NCBI GenBank assembly: GCA_038895675.1
Contig: JAWANB010000015.1
Span: forward strand, 1-18,036
Length of the DNA: 18,036 nucleotides
DNA from: Candidatus Iainarchaeum sp.
GTDB taxonomy: Archaea > Iainarchaeota > Iainarchaeia > Iainarchaeales > Iainarchaeaceae
Direction: 5' to 3'
Part shown: positions 1 to 8,375 of the stretch, in pieces
Numbering within the stretch: position 1 is the stretch's first letter
Layout: each line of letters opens with the position of its first letter
Made by a program: the position numbers and the translations under genes
The notes under the pieces: model-generated
Databases searched by the model: none
Told to the model about the DNA's origin: nothing
Seen by the model: the letters and a program-made list of their open reading frames with translations, nothing else

Positions 1-99
1 TATATCTTCGTTTATCTTAGAAAAAATGTTTATACTCTTATTTATTTGCGGGGCAACAGGCCCTTGCTGTTGAAAATCCATTCTTTGATGAGGAGGCAT
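1..99 (-). CDS. Probable 5' end of a gene divergent from polB (hypothetical protein, runs off the window edge)
   Basis: ATG at 99-97 on the minus strand opens 33 uninterrupted codons (MPPHQRMDFQQQGPVAPQINKSINIFSKINEDI) to position 1. It is preceded by TTTTTTC-ATG, the same context as the polB start. Confidence 0.45.
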   Translation of the reverse strand, partial: MPPHQRMDFQQQGPVAPQINKSINIFSKINEDI

Positions 100-117
100 G
101 AAAAAATAAAAGTAATA

Positions 118-132
118 ACATTAATTTAACCT
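118..132. promoter_or_regulatory. Putative shared (bidirectional) TATA element between two divergent starts
   Basis: AACATTAATTTAACC is centred about 26 nt from both the minus-strand ATG at 99 and the polB ATG at 151. Confidence 0.35.
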
Positions 133-150
133 TTTGTTTCTTTTTTTTTC

Positions 151-2547
151 ATGCAAAACAAGGTGTTAGAAGGACTTTTAATAGACGTTTCATACCATAA
201 CGAAAACAATTCTTCAATAATAGACGTTTATGTTAGCACAGAAAAAGAGATTGTTGTTTTTTCAGATAAGAGTTTCAAACCTTACTTTTACGTTATTTCA
301 AAAAATCCTAAAGAAAGCATAGAAGCTATAAAAAACCATTATTTTGAAAACTCGTTCAAAGCAATTGAAGCTGAAGAAGTAAAAAAAGATAATGCAGAAG
401 GAATAATAAAAGTAGTTTTTAACAACACGCAAGAGTTAGTAAAAGCAAGAGAAGAAATAACTTACATTAAAGGCGTTACAGATAAAAGAGAATTTGACAT
501 TCCTTTTACTGACAGATACTTGATTGACAAAGCACTAAAACCAATGCAAGGAGTTTCAATAGTTGCCGAAAATAGAGACTTGATTGAAATAAAACCAAAA
601 GAAATAAGTCATGACTTAAGAATAATGTCATTAGACATTGAGACATATTCGCCTGGAAGATTTTCAAACCCAAAAAAAGACCCTGTTTTATTAGCATGCC
701 TTTGCACTAACAAAGAAGCTAAAGTCTTTACTTATAAAGACTCAAAAGAAAAGTTTGTTCTAAAATTTTCTTCTGAAAAAGAAATGTTAGAACAATTACT
801 TAAAACCATAAGAGAATATGCTCCTGACATTTTAGTAACTTACAATGGAGACACTTTTGACTTGCCTTACATAAAGAGCAGATGTGAACAACTCAAAATA
901 GATTTCAATTTAGGATTTTCAGGAATAAAAGAAATAAACATGGGAATGCACAGAGCTTCTGAAATAGTAGGAACTCAACACTTAGATGCTTTTGTCCTAA
1001 TCAAATTTATGGCAAGGATAGGCGCAATAAGTTTATTAAAATTTGATTTAGAAAACGTTTCGGAAAAAGTTTTCGGAAAGCCTAAAGAAAAACTGCCTTC
1101 AGAACAAATAAACGAGTTATGGGATAAAAATGAAATAGACAAAATAGTCACTTACAACAAAGAAGACGCAGAAGCGACTCTTAAAATAGCTCAAGAATTT
1201 TTGCCATTACAACTCCAATTATGCGCAATGCTTCACCAAACCATTTTTGACACTTCAAGAATGACTTCTTCACAAATGGTGGAGCAACTCCTCATAATAA
1301 GAAGCACAATGCACAACAGACTCATCCCTAATAAGCCAAGCGATGCTGAAGTTCAAGCGAGATCAATGCAAAGTTATGAAGGAGGCTTCGTAAAAGAACC
1401 TTTAGCTGGATTGCATGAAAACATAGCCGTTTTGGACTTTAGGTCTTTGCATCCAACAATAATGATTTCACACAACATTAGCCCAGAAACACTCAAATGC
1501 AATCACGAAGAATGCAAAAACACCAACATTTCTCCAGACAAAGACTGGTTTTGCACTAAAAAGAAAGGATTTTTGGCAGAAGTTTTAGAAGAAATACTGA
1601 GCGAAAGAATAAAGCTAAAAAAAGAAGCGAAAAGCATGGCAAAACAAGACCCTAAATTCAAAACGATTAATGCAAAACAACATGCTTTGAAAATACTTTT
1701 GAACAGCCACTATGGTTATTTAGGTTATGCAAGAGCAAGATGGTACTCCAGAGAATGCGCAAGAGCAGTAACAGCTTGGAGCAGGCACTACATAAAAGAC
1801 GTAATGGCAAAAGCAGAAAACGAAGGTTACAAAGTAATTTACGGCGACACAGATTCATTGTTTTTTATAGTTCCGCAAAACAAAAACCAAGAAAATGTAA
1901 AAGAATTCATAGAAAAAACAAACAAACAATTGCCAGAAGCAATGGAGTTAGAATTAGAAGGCTTTTACAAAAGAGGCATATTCGTAACTAAAGAGTCAGG
2001 CAAGGCTGCTAAAAAAAAGTATGCATTAATAGACTACTACGGAAACCTAAAAATAGTAGGCTTTGAATACGTCAGACATGATTGGGCCCCAATAGCAAAA
2101 AACACTCAAAAAAGAGTGATAGAAGCAATACTCAAAGAAGGAAACCCGGCAAAAGCAGTCCAAATAACCAAAGAAGTTATAGAACACCTAAAGTCAGGGA
2201 AAGTTCCAAAAAAAGAATTAGTTATAATGAAACAACTAAAAGCAAGACCCGAAAAATACGAATCTTTAGGACCTCACGTTTGGGCTGCAAAAAAAGCAAT
2301 TGAACGAGGAAAAAAAATAGACGTAGGAACACTAATAGGATTCATAGTAAAAAAAGGTAATAACAAAAAAATTTCTGACAAAGCAGAAATGGAAGAATAC
2401 GTAAAAGAAGGAGACTATGATGCAGAATACTATATAGAAAACCAAATTTTGCAAGCAGTACTCAAAATAACTAAAGAGTTAGGTTACGATAAAGAAGATT
2501 TGTTGCAAGGCGGAAAACAAAGCTCACTATTCAAATTTTCAAGTTAG
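151..2547 (+). CDS. polB: Family B DNA polymerase (archaeal PolB3-like) with 3'-5' exonuclease
   Basis: ExoI SLDIETY, ExoII YNGDTFDLPYI, ExoIII YNKEDA, motif A DFRSLHPTI, motif B KQHALKILLNSHYGY, motif C YGDTDS. N-terminal uracil-pocket-like FKPYFY and EFDIPFTDRYLID. Confidence 0.97.
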   Translation: MQNKVLEGLLIDVSYHNENNSSIIDVYVSTEKEIVVFSDKSFKPYFYVISKNPKESIEAIKNHYFENSFKAIEAEEVKKDNAEGIIKVVFNNTQELVKAREEITYIKGVTDKREFDIPFTDRYLIDKALKPMQGVSIVAENRDLIEIKPKEISHDLRIMSLDIETYSPGRFSNPKKDPVLLACLCTNKEAKVFTYKDSKEKFVLKFSSEKEMLEQLLKTIREYAPDILVTYNGDTFDLPYIKSRCEQLKIDFNLGFSGIKEINMGMHRASEIVGTQHLDAFVLIKFMARIGAISLLKFDLENVSEKVFGKPKEKLPSEQINELWDKNEIDKIVTYNKEDAEATLKIAQEFLPLQLQLCAMLHQTIFDTSRMTSSQMVEQLLIIRSTMHNRLIPNKPSDAEVQARSMQSYEGGFVKEPLAGLHENIAVLDFRSLHPTIMISHNISPETLKCNHEECKNTNISPDKDWFCTKKKGFLAEVLEEILSERIKLKKEAKSMAKQDPKFKTINAKQHALKILLNSHYGYLGYARARWYSRECARAVTAWSRHYIKDVMAKAENEGYKVIYGDTDSLFFIVPQNKNQENVKEFIEKTNKQLPEAMELELEGFYKRGIFVTKESGKAAKKKYALIDYYGNLKIVGFEYVRHDWAPIAKNTQKRVIEAILKEGNPAKAVQITKEVIEHLKSGKVPKKELVIMKQLKARPEKYESLGPHVWAAKKAIERGKKIDVGTLIGFIVKKGNNKKISDKAEMEEYVKEGDYDAEYYIENQILQAVLKITKELGYDKEDLLQGGKQSSLFKFSS

Positions 2548-4049
2548 GAAGGACTTTTACTCAAAGTGGGTCTGACAAGCACACGATAAGACCTTGAGTT
2601 CTTTAGTTGAACGCCAACATCATTGCCTAATACTATATCAATCTTAGCTTTCGCATCAGAACGGATCTCTTGATTAATATCAATAGAATGTTGAGCACCT
2701 ACAATATATGCGACACCATTTTCTTGAGCATCAATCAACAAAGAAGAAACTTCCCTTGAAAGCATTGTTGAGCCATCAACTTCTTTAAGCAAAGATCCTT
2801 TAGGAACATTAATTATTAGTCTTATTGCTTGAGACAAACCTTTAGCAGCAAAGTAGTTCCTAACATTTTTTACCACAGAATAAATCAACAACAAAGAAGC
2901 TTTATCGTTAAGGTTCTCTAACTTTATTACCGAAGCCCTCGCAATACCAGCGTTACCTTGTTTCACCAAATCTTCAACATCAATATAACCGCCAAAAATA
3001 TTTGGGTTCATCAAATCCAACAAACGCATTATTCTAATTGCCTTAAAAATTTCGAACTCTGTAAAGTCAGGGTCATTCCTCAACTCCAAAAGCCCATCAA
3101 ACAAATCTTTCAAAGTAGCAAATCTCTTATTAGCCACAACCTTGTTCATTACCCTCGCAAAATCTTTATCGCCAATCCTAAACAAATCTGCAACAGCTTC
3201 ATAAGACAAAACATTAATGTCAACTTTCAACTCTGTGCCACCATTAATAATTTTCAAAGGAAAACCAATTGGGTCTATTCCTACAGAATACTTTTCAATA
3301 TCAACAATGTTTTTACTTGCCTCTCCCAAGCCAACAAAATGCTTGTTAAAGTCAAAGAAAATCACTGGCACATTTACAAGTAATGCACTTTCAGCAATGA
3401 CTTGCATTACCTTTGCTCTATCAACTTCATTCCCTTCGGAAATTATTGTTGAAAAAAAAGCCAACAAAGGCTCAAAAACCTTTTTCTTGTCTTTAGTCAA
3501 GCCAAGCATAACATCCGACTTGAGGCTAATAACTTGAGACTCGTACTGAGCAGAAATTTTATGAGAAGAAGTTGACAACAACAAAGGAACCAAAGGCTGC
3601 GTGAAAAAAGCACTACGAACTTCTTCACTACACTCATGAATCTCTTTCAAAGTCAACCCATAAGCCTTTGAAATATCTTTAACCATGCTTGAAGAAGCCT
3701 CAAGCCTCTTTATCATTGAGTCAGTTTGAGCCAAAAAAGTATCTTCGGACCACTGAACATAAGAAGGCTTGCTACCTAAAAGGAAAAACTTTAAAGTCAA
3801 GTTTTCATCGTGCTTAGTAAGTCCAATGACTTCACGAGGCAAAGTCTCAGTAAAAACAGTTACGTCACCTTCAGCATAAAAAACCTTATACATTTCAACT
3901 ATGGCTCCTTGAACCACGTCCAATTTTTTCTCAAAAATAAGAACCAACAAAATCTTTTCAGGATTAGAATAAATTTCAATGTCATGCTCTTGAAAATTAC
4001 CTGAAAAAATTTTTTCCCAAGGACCACTAATGAGCTTAAAGAGTTCCAT
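2544..4049 (-). CDS. HerA/DUF87-like (FtsK-HerA superfamily) P-loop protein with degenerate Walker motifs, probably inactive
   Basis: VMLGLTKD...TIISEGNEVDRAKVMQVIAESALLVNVPVIFFD and ENGVAYIVGAQHSIDI follow the HerA/DUF87 pattern but lack GxxGxGK[ST] and DE. Start moved to the ATG at 4049 (MELFKL), 25-32 nt downstream of TTTATATA. The 3' end overlaps the polB stop by 4 nt. Confidence 0.7.
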   Translation of the reverse strand: MELFKLISGPWEKIFSGNFQEHDIEIYSNPEKILLVLIFEKKLDVVQGAIVEMYKVFYAEGDVTVFTETLPREVIGLTKHDENLTLKFFLLGSKPSYVQWSEDTFLAQTDSMIKRLEASSSMVKDISKAYGLTLKEIHECSEEVRSAFFTQPLVPLLLSTSSHKISAQYESQVISLKSDVMLGLTKDKKKVFEPLLAFFSTIISEGNEVDRAKVMQVIAESALLVNVPVIFFDFNKHFVGLGEASKNIVDIEKYSVGIDPIGFPLKIINGGTELKVDINVLSYEAVADLFRIGDKDFARVMNKVVANKRFATLKDLFDGLLELRNDPDFTEFEIFKAIRIMRLLDLMNPNIFGGYIDVEDLVKQGNAGIARASVIKLENLNDKASLLLIYSVVKNVRNYFAAKGLSQAIRLIINVPKGSLLKEVDGSTMLSREVSSLLIDAQENGVAYIVGAQHSIDINQEIRSDAKAKIDIVLGNDVGVQLKNSRSYRVLVRPTLSKSPS

Positions 4050-4073
4050 GACTAAAAAAAGAAAGAAACAATA

Positions 4074-4085
4074 TATATAAATTCC
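4074..4085 (-). promoter_or_regulatory. BRE/TATA-like promoter of the HerA-like gene
   Basis: Minus strand GGAA-TTTATATA, with the TATA 25-32 nt upstream of the ATG at 4049. Confidence 0.5.
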
Positions 4086-4190
4086 TAAACCTGAAGCTCT
4101 GTATAAACAATTTAAAAACAAACAAAAACAACGAGAAAAAAAGCATTAAAAGTAAGTTTTCAAAGAGAAAACAAAAAAAGTAAAGTGCTT

Positions 4191-4276
4191 TGCGGGGGGC
4201 AGGATTTGAACCTGCGCAGGCACTAAGCCAATAGGGCCTAAACCTATTCCGATTGACCTGGCTACGGGACCCCCGC
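4191..4276 (-). tRNA. tRNA-Leu(TAG)
   Basis: GCGGGGG/CCCCCGC acceptor stem with A73, anticodon arm ATAGG-TTTAGGC-CCTAT, long variable arm, T arm GCAGG-TTCAAAT-CCTGC. No encoded CCA. Confidence 0.96.
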
Positions 4277-4370
4277 TACTCTAAATAACAATCCTCAAAG
4301 ATTTTAAAAAAACAAACCAAAAACTAAAATATTGCCAAATAAAAAAATACAAAGAACTAAAAAAAAACTT

Positions 4371-5267
4371 TTAAACAAGCCTAAATACTTTACTTTCAAA
4401 AACAACTAACGTGGTTTCTGCCTGAGTAACAATACAACCTTCTTGCTCTTTTAGTACAGGATAAGACATTATGCATTGCCTTTGCAAAAGCTCTCTCAAA
4501 GCTATTCTCCTTGCAAATTCACTAATCCCTAAATCTCTCGCAATCCAACGTTCTGCAAAAGGCAACTTACCATAATTTTCATTAGCATAAGAAAGAATTT
4601 TTCTCGCATTATTGTCTCTAACGCCTTTTACTTCAAGCACTTGAAAAATCTCAACTCTTGCACTTTCACTTACATGGCCTTTACCATTAGTAACAAAAGG
4701 CTCAACAGCAAAAGCCATATTGCCACTTATTACTTTTTCGTCTCGTGTTTTAACGTTAGGAATAGTTGGTTGCGTATGCGCATCATTTTTTGCCAAGCCG
4801 TGGCCAGTCAAGTTCACTACTGGATTAAAACCTTTTGATTTAATAGCAAGCTCTATGGTTTCCCCAATGCTTGAAATTTTTGTGCCTTCCTTTATTATAG
4901 AAACTGCTCTTTCTAAAGCTTCTTCATTAGCTTTAATCATTTCACCAAATTCATCAGAAAAATCTATTGTCTTAGCAGTGTCAGCTATAAAACCATTAAC
5001 ACTAACACCAACATCAACTTTGATAACATCATTTTCTTGCACTACATCACTTGACTCAAAAGCAGGAGTATAGTGCGCAGCTTCGCTGTTTCTTGACAAG
5101 TTTATAGGAAAAGCAGGCTTTCCGCCTTTTTTTACTATTTCAGCCTCGGCTTTTTCCGCAAACTCGAACAAATTAGAACCAACTTTCAAGTTTTTTGAAG
5201 CATAATCCAACAATTCTTTTGCTATTTGCCCCGCCTTCAAATAATTATCCAAATCTGCCTTTTGCAT
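4371..5267 (-). CDS. map: Methionine aminopeptidase, type II (archaeal)
   Basis: AFPINLS, AAHYTP, KVDVGV, IADTA, NLTGHG, AVEPF, the type II helical insert (LPFAERW) and QAETT. Probable start ATG at 5267 (MQKADL), 23-31 nt downstream of TTTTATAAA (5298-5290). Confidence 0.95.
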   Translation of the reverse strand: MQKADLDNYLKAGQIAKELLDYASKNLKVGSNLFEFAEKAEAEIVKKGGKPAFPINLSRNSEAAHYTPAFESSDVVQENDVIKVDVGVSVNGFIADTAKTIDFSDEFGEMIKANEEALERAVSIIKEGTKISSIGETIELAIKSKGFNPVVNLTGHGLAKNDAHTQPTIPNVKTRDEKVISGNMAFAVEPFVTNGKGHVSESARVEIFQVLEVKGVRDNNARKILSYANENYGKLPFAERWIARDLGISEFARRIALRELLQRQCIMSYPVLKEQEGCIVTQAETTLVVFESKVFRLV

Positions 5268-5464
5268 TACTAAAAACATAAAAAAAGAGTTTATAAAAGA
5301 AACCAAAGAAAGACTATTTCAAAAAAAAACTACTAAAAAGCAAAAATGACTAAAAGCTCTTTAAAGTCAAAAACAAAAAGAACTTTAAAAGTCAATAGGA
5401 TTTCTACAAAGACGGCACTAAAAAAATTTAAATTAAACAAATGCCTAATTGAGAAGGTGCAAAC

Positions 5465-6007
5465 ATGCCAATAAATCCAATAGTAGTAGAAACCGTCAAA
5501 AGAATGATCTCAACAGGAGTTGACGATGAGACAATAAGAGCTACTTTGAAAAGCATAGACTTGAGCAACGAAGAAATAGAAACAATAATAGAAAACGCTA
5601 AAACCGACCAAGTACCAAAAGAAAAAAAAGAAGAACCAACAAAAGAAAGTGAAGAACCAGAAGAAATAGAAGAAGAAATGCCACACGAAGAAATAAAAAA
5701 AGAAATAAAGTCTGTTGCAGAAGAACAATTGGCAGCACACACAACTACTCACAACATACTTGAAGAACATCAAGAAAAGTTAGGCGAAGTTCACAAGTCC
5801 GTTTCTGAAATAAGCGAAAAAATAGAAAACATTCCTAAAATAGACCCTGAAACAATAGCTAAATTAAGTGCCTTAGACTATAGGATAAGCGAACTCGAAA
5901 AAGAAATTAACGAAACAAAAGCAATAGTTAATGCAACTCAAAGCCTTTTGCAAAAAATACTTGAAACTAACAGAGAAATATTGTTAGAACTACAAAAGAA
6001 AAAATGA
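5465..6007 (+). CDS. Hypothetical acidic coiled-coil protein
   Basis: 180 aa ORF with SD-like GAAGGTG upstream. Small helical N-terminal domain, Glu-rich linker and heptad-like C-terminus (LDYRISELEKEINETK...). Confidence 0.85.
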   Translation: MPINPIVVETVKRMISTGVDDETIRATLKSIDLSNEEIETIIENAKTDQVPKEKKEEPTKESEEPEEIEEEMPHEEIKKEIKSVAEEQLAAHTTTHNILEEHQEKLGEVHKSVSEISEKIENIPKIDPETIAKLSALDYRISELEKEINETKAIVNATQSLLQKILETNREILLELQKKK

Positions 6008-6178
6008 ATTGCTTTTTAACAATTGATTTAAAAAAATCATTTTTTGTAAAGACTTGAATTTCACAACATTTTTAAAATGAATATTAGATTTTTTTATAAT
6101 GCCAAAAAAAAGTGAGTATCTTCACTGCTAAATTACTCTATTTCTTTTTATGCATATTTAACTTTTTGTTCTTTAAGT

Positions 6179-6252
6179 GGCGGCCATGGTGTAGTGGTTT
6201 CGCATCGGAGCCTGTGGAGCTCTGGGGCTGGGTTCGAATCCCAGTGGTCGCC
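6179..6252 (+). tRNA. tRNA-His(GTG) with genomically encoded G-1
   Basis: G-GCGGCCA/TGGTCGC-C (G-1:C73), anticodon arm GGAGC-CTGTGGA-GCTCT, T arm CTGGG-TTCGAAT-CCCAG. Confidence 0.96.
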
Positions 6253-6273
6253 TTAACAAAAAAAGGTGTTTGA

Positions 6274-7518
6274 ATGAATAAGTTTCAGCCAGTAAAAGGA
6301 ATGAGAGACTTTGTGCAAGAACAAGCACAAAAAAAACAATACATAGAAGAATTATGCAAAAAAACCTTTGAAAAGTATGGTTATGAGCCATTACAAACGC
6401 CAATAGTAGAAGACTTTTCTTTGCTTTCTGCGAAAGGCTCTGCTGGCGAAGCCATAAAAGAAGAAATATACTATTTCAAAGACAAGGCTGAAAGAGAATT
6501 AGGTTTAAGGTTTGACCTTACAGTTCCTCTCGCAAGAGTAGTTGCTTCAAACCCTGCCTTGCCAAAACCATACAAAAGGTATTGCATAGGCCAAGTTTAT
6601 AGGTATGACAAGCCACAAGCAAAAAGGTACAGAGAATTTACACAAGCTGATATTGATATAATTGGCTCAAACTCCGTATTAGCTGACTTTGAAGTATTGC
6701 AAGTAGCAACAGAAATAATGCGTAGCCTTGGTCTTGAGTTCATAATAAAAATCAATAATAGAGCACTCTTAGAAGAAATAGCATTAAAATGCGCTATACC
6801 AAAAGACAAAGTCAAAGAATGTTTTAGGGTACTGGACAAGTTAGATAAAATAGGCATTGAAGGAGTAAAACAAGAACTCGAAAGCAAAGGATTGAAAACA
6901 AAAATTTTGGAAGAAATAAAAGAAAACTCTATAGAAAAAGCCAAAAAAATAGTCGAAGGAAAAGGCATTAAAGAAATAACAGAATTGATTGAAATTTGCA
7001 AAGAAAACGGCTTAAAAGAAACGAGTTTTGACGTTAGCTTAGCAAGAGGATTAGAGTACTATACTGGAAACGTCTTTGAAATATCAGTAAAAGAAGGACC
7101 GAGCGTCGGAGGCGGAGGACGCTATGACAAGCTAATAGAAGTTTATGGCGGTCAAAGCACGCCAGCAGTAGGAATAAGCCTTGGCATTGACAGGCTATAT
7201 GACACTCTTGAAAAAAAGCTAAAACTTGAACAAAAAACAAATCTCTTAGTAATGCCGTTATCAAAAAACGAGTTTGGCTATGCAATAAAACTTTGCGAAA
7301 AATTGAGACAAAAAAACCTTAATGTTGAATTTGATGTAATGGAAAGGAACATAAGAAAAAACATAGAGTACGCAACAAAAAAAAGAATAAAGTTTTTTAC
7401 GACAATAGGCGAAAATGAAGTGAAAAATGGGATAATAAAAATCAAAGATTTGACAAAACAAACAGAAAAAGAGTTCAACATAAAAGATTATGAAAAAATA
7501 GTTGAATACTGCAAATAA
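6274..7518 (+). CDS. hisS: Histidine--tRNA ligase
   Basis: KGMRDF, LRFDLTVPLAR, YRYDKPQAKRYREFTQ, ARGLEYYTG, GGGRYD and a C-terminal anticodon-binding domain. SD-like AGGTG at 6264-6268. Confidence 0.97.
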   Translation: MNKFQPVKGMRDFVQEQAQKKQYIEELCKKTFEKYGYEPLQTPIVEDFSLLSAKGSAGEAIKEEIYYFKDKAERELGLRFDLTVPLARVVASNPALPKPYKRYCIGQVYRYDKPQAKRYREFTQADIDIIGSNSVLADFEVLQVATEIMRSLGLEFIIKINNRALLEEIALKCAIPKDKVKECFRVLDKLDKIGIEGVKQELESKGLKTKILEEIKENSIEKAKKIVEGKGIKEITELIEICKENGLKETSFDVSLARGLEYYTGNVFEISVKEGPSVGGGGRYDKLIEVYGGQSTPAVGISLGIDRLYDTLEKKLKLEQKTNLLVMPLSKNEFGYAIKLCEKLRQKNLNVEFDVMERNIRKNIEYATKKRIKFFTTIGENEVKNGIIKIKDLTKQTEKEFNIKDYEKIVEYCK

Positions 7519-7669
7519 AACAAAACAAAAACTAACAAAAAACAATCCATTTAAAAATTGCTTAAAAATAATCGACTGAAAAAATAACAAAAAAAAACAA
7601 CAAATTAACTTGTTTTAATTAATAAGTAAAATTTATATTGTTGGAACTGCTAATTATTATAGGCTTGCC

Positions 7670-8026
7670 ATGTTTTATCAAGCGCTTTACGAGCTATTGA
7701 ACCTTAACTTTGGATTTTTCATAGATGTAATTGTGAATAACTTGCTTTGGGTATTCATTTTTGCATTTTTAGTTTATATATTTTTCCCGAAAGACAAGAT
7801 AAAATATTTTTTACTTTTTTCAATACTAATCTGGGCTATTTTAGACATGACATCATTAACAGGCTTGGCTTTTACAGGCGCTCAACTCCTGTTAATATAC
7901 TACATAACAAAAATTGTTGTTTTGAGTTTTTTTGACACACCATTACTAAGAAAATACATGCCGTTGGCTAGTGCAATTCATGGTTATGGAGTCGTTTTAA
8001 TATTTACTTTTTTGGTGATGCAATGA
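7670..8026 (+). CDS. Hypothetical multi-pass membrane protein
   Basis: 118 aa, almost entirely hydrophobic segments. ATGA overlap with the next ORF. Confidence 0.8.
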   Translation: MFYQALYELLNLNFGFFIDVIVNNLLWVFIFAFLVYIFFPKDKIKYFLLFSILIWAILDMTSLTGLAFTGAQLLLIYYITKIVVLSFFDTPLLRKYMPLASAIHGYGVVLIFTFLVMQ

Positions 8027-8214
8027 ATTACTTCAAATTAATAGTTTATGGTTTATGGTTTGGCTTAATTTACTTTACTTTAATGGTCTTAGGCGAAAGC
8101 CTGTTTCCTGGAACTTTATATGAAACTGCTTTCACTAATTTGGGAATAATTTCTGTCTTTGTAGTTTTAACTTTAGACACAATAATAAGCTTAGGGAGTG
8201 CTATGGAAAACTGA
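8023..8214 (+). CDS. Small two-TM membrane protein
   Basis: 63 aa with two hydrophobic stretches. The ATGA overlap with the upstream gene suggests translational coupling. Confidence 0.7.
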   Translation: MNYFKLIVYGLWFGLIYFTLMVLGESLFPGTLYETAFTNLGIISVFVVLTLDTIISLGSAMEN

Positions 8215-8291
8215 GAAAAGCAAGATAGCAAAACAAAACAACTTTTCATAATTATTTTTATAATCGTTCTCTTTGTTTTTTTTATTTTGTT

Positions 8292-8364
8292 GCCGGGGTA
8301 GCTCAGTGGTTAGAGCACTGGTTTCATAAGCCAGGTGTCGGCGGTTCGAATCCGCCTCTCGGCA
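8292..8364 (+). tRNA. tRNA with CAT anticodon, most likely elongator tRNA-Met
   Basis: GCCGGGG/TCTCGGC with A73, anticodon arm CTGGT-TTCATAA-GCCAG, T loop TTCGAAT. It lacks the initiator A1:U72 pair and the triple G-C anticodon stem. Ile2 cannot be strictly excluded. Confidence 0.92.
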
Positions 8365-8375
8365 ATACTCGATCT

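Noticed and set aside
90..109. GAGGAGG followed by ATG on the plus strand
   Set aside because: The spacing is 1 nt and the frame closes after MKK. It is better explained as the reverse complement of ATG-CCT-CCT on the minus strand.
4050..4121. N-terminal extension of the HerA-like ORF (likewise 5268-5306 for map)
   Set aside because: The extensions use non-ATG starts and run through TATA boxes and T-tracts. The downstream ATGs fit promoter spacing better.
6173..6403. 76-aa minus-strand ORF
   Set aside because: It is antisense to tRNA-His and hisS, so it is a shadow ORF.
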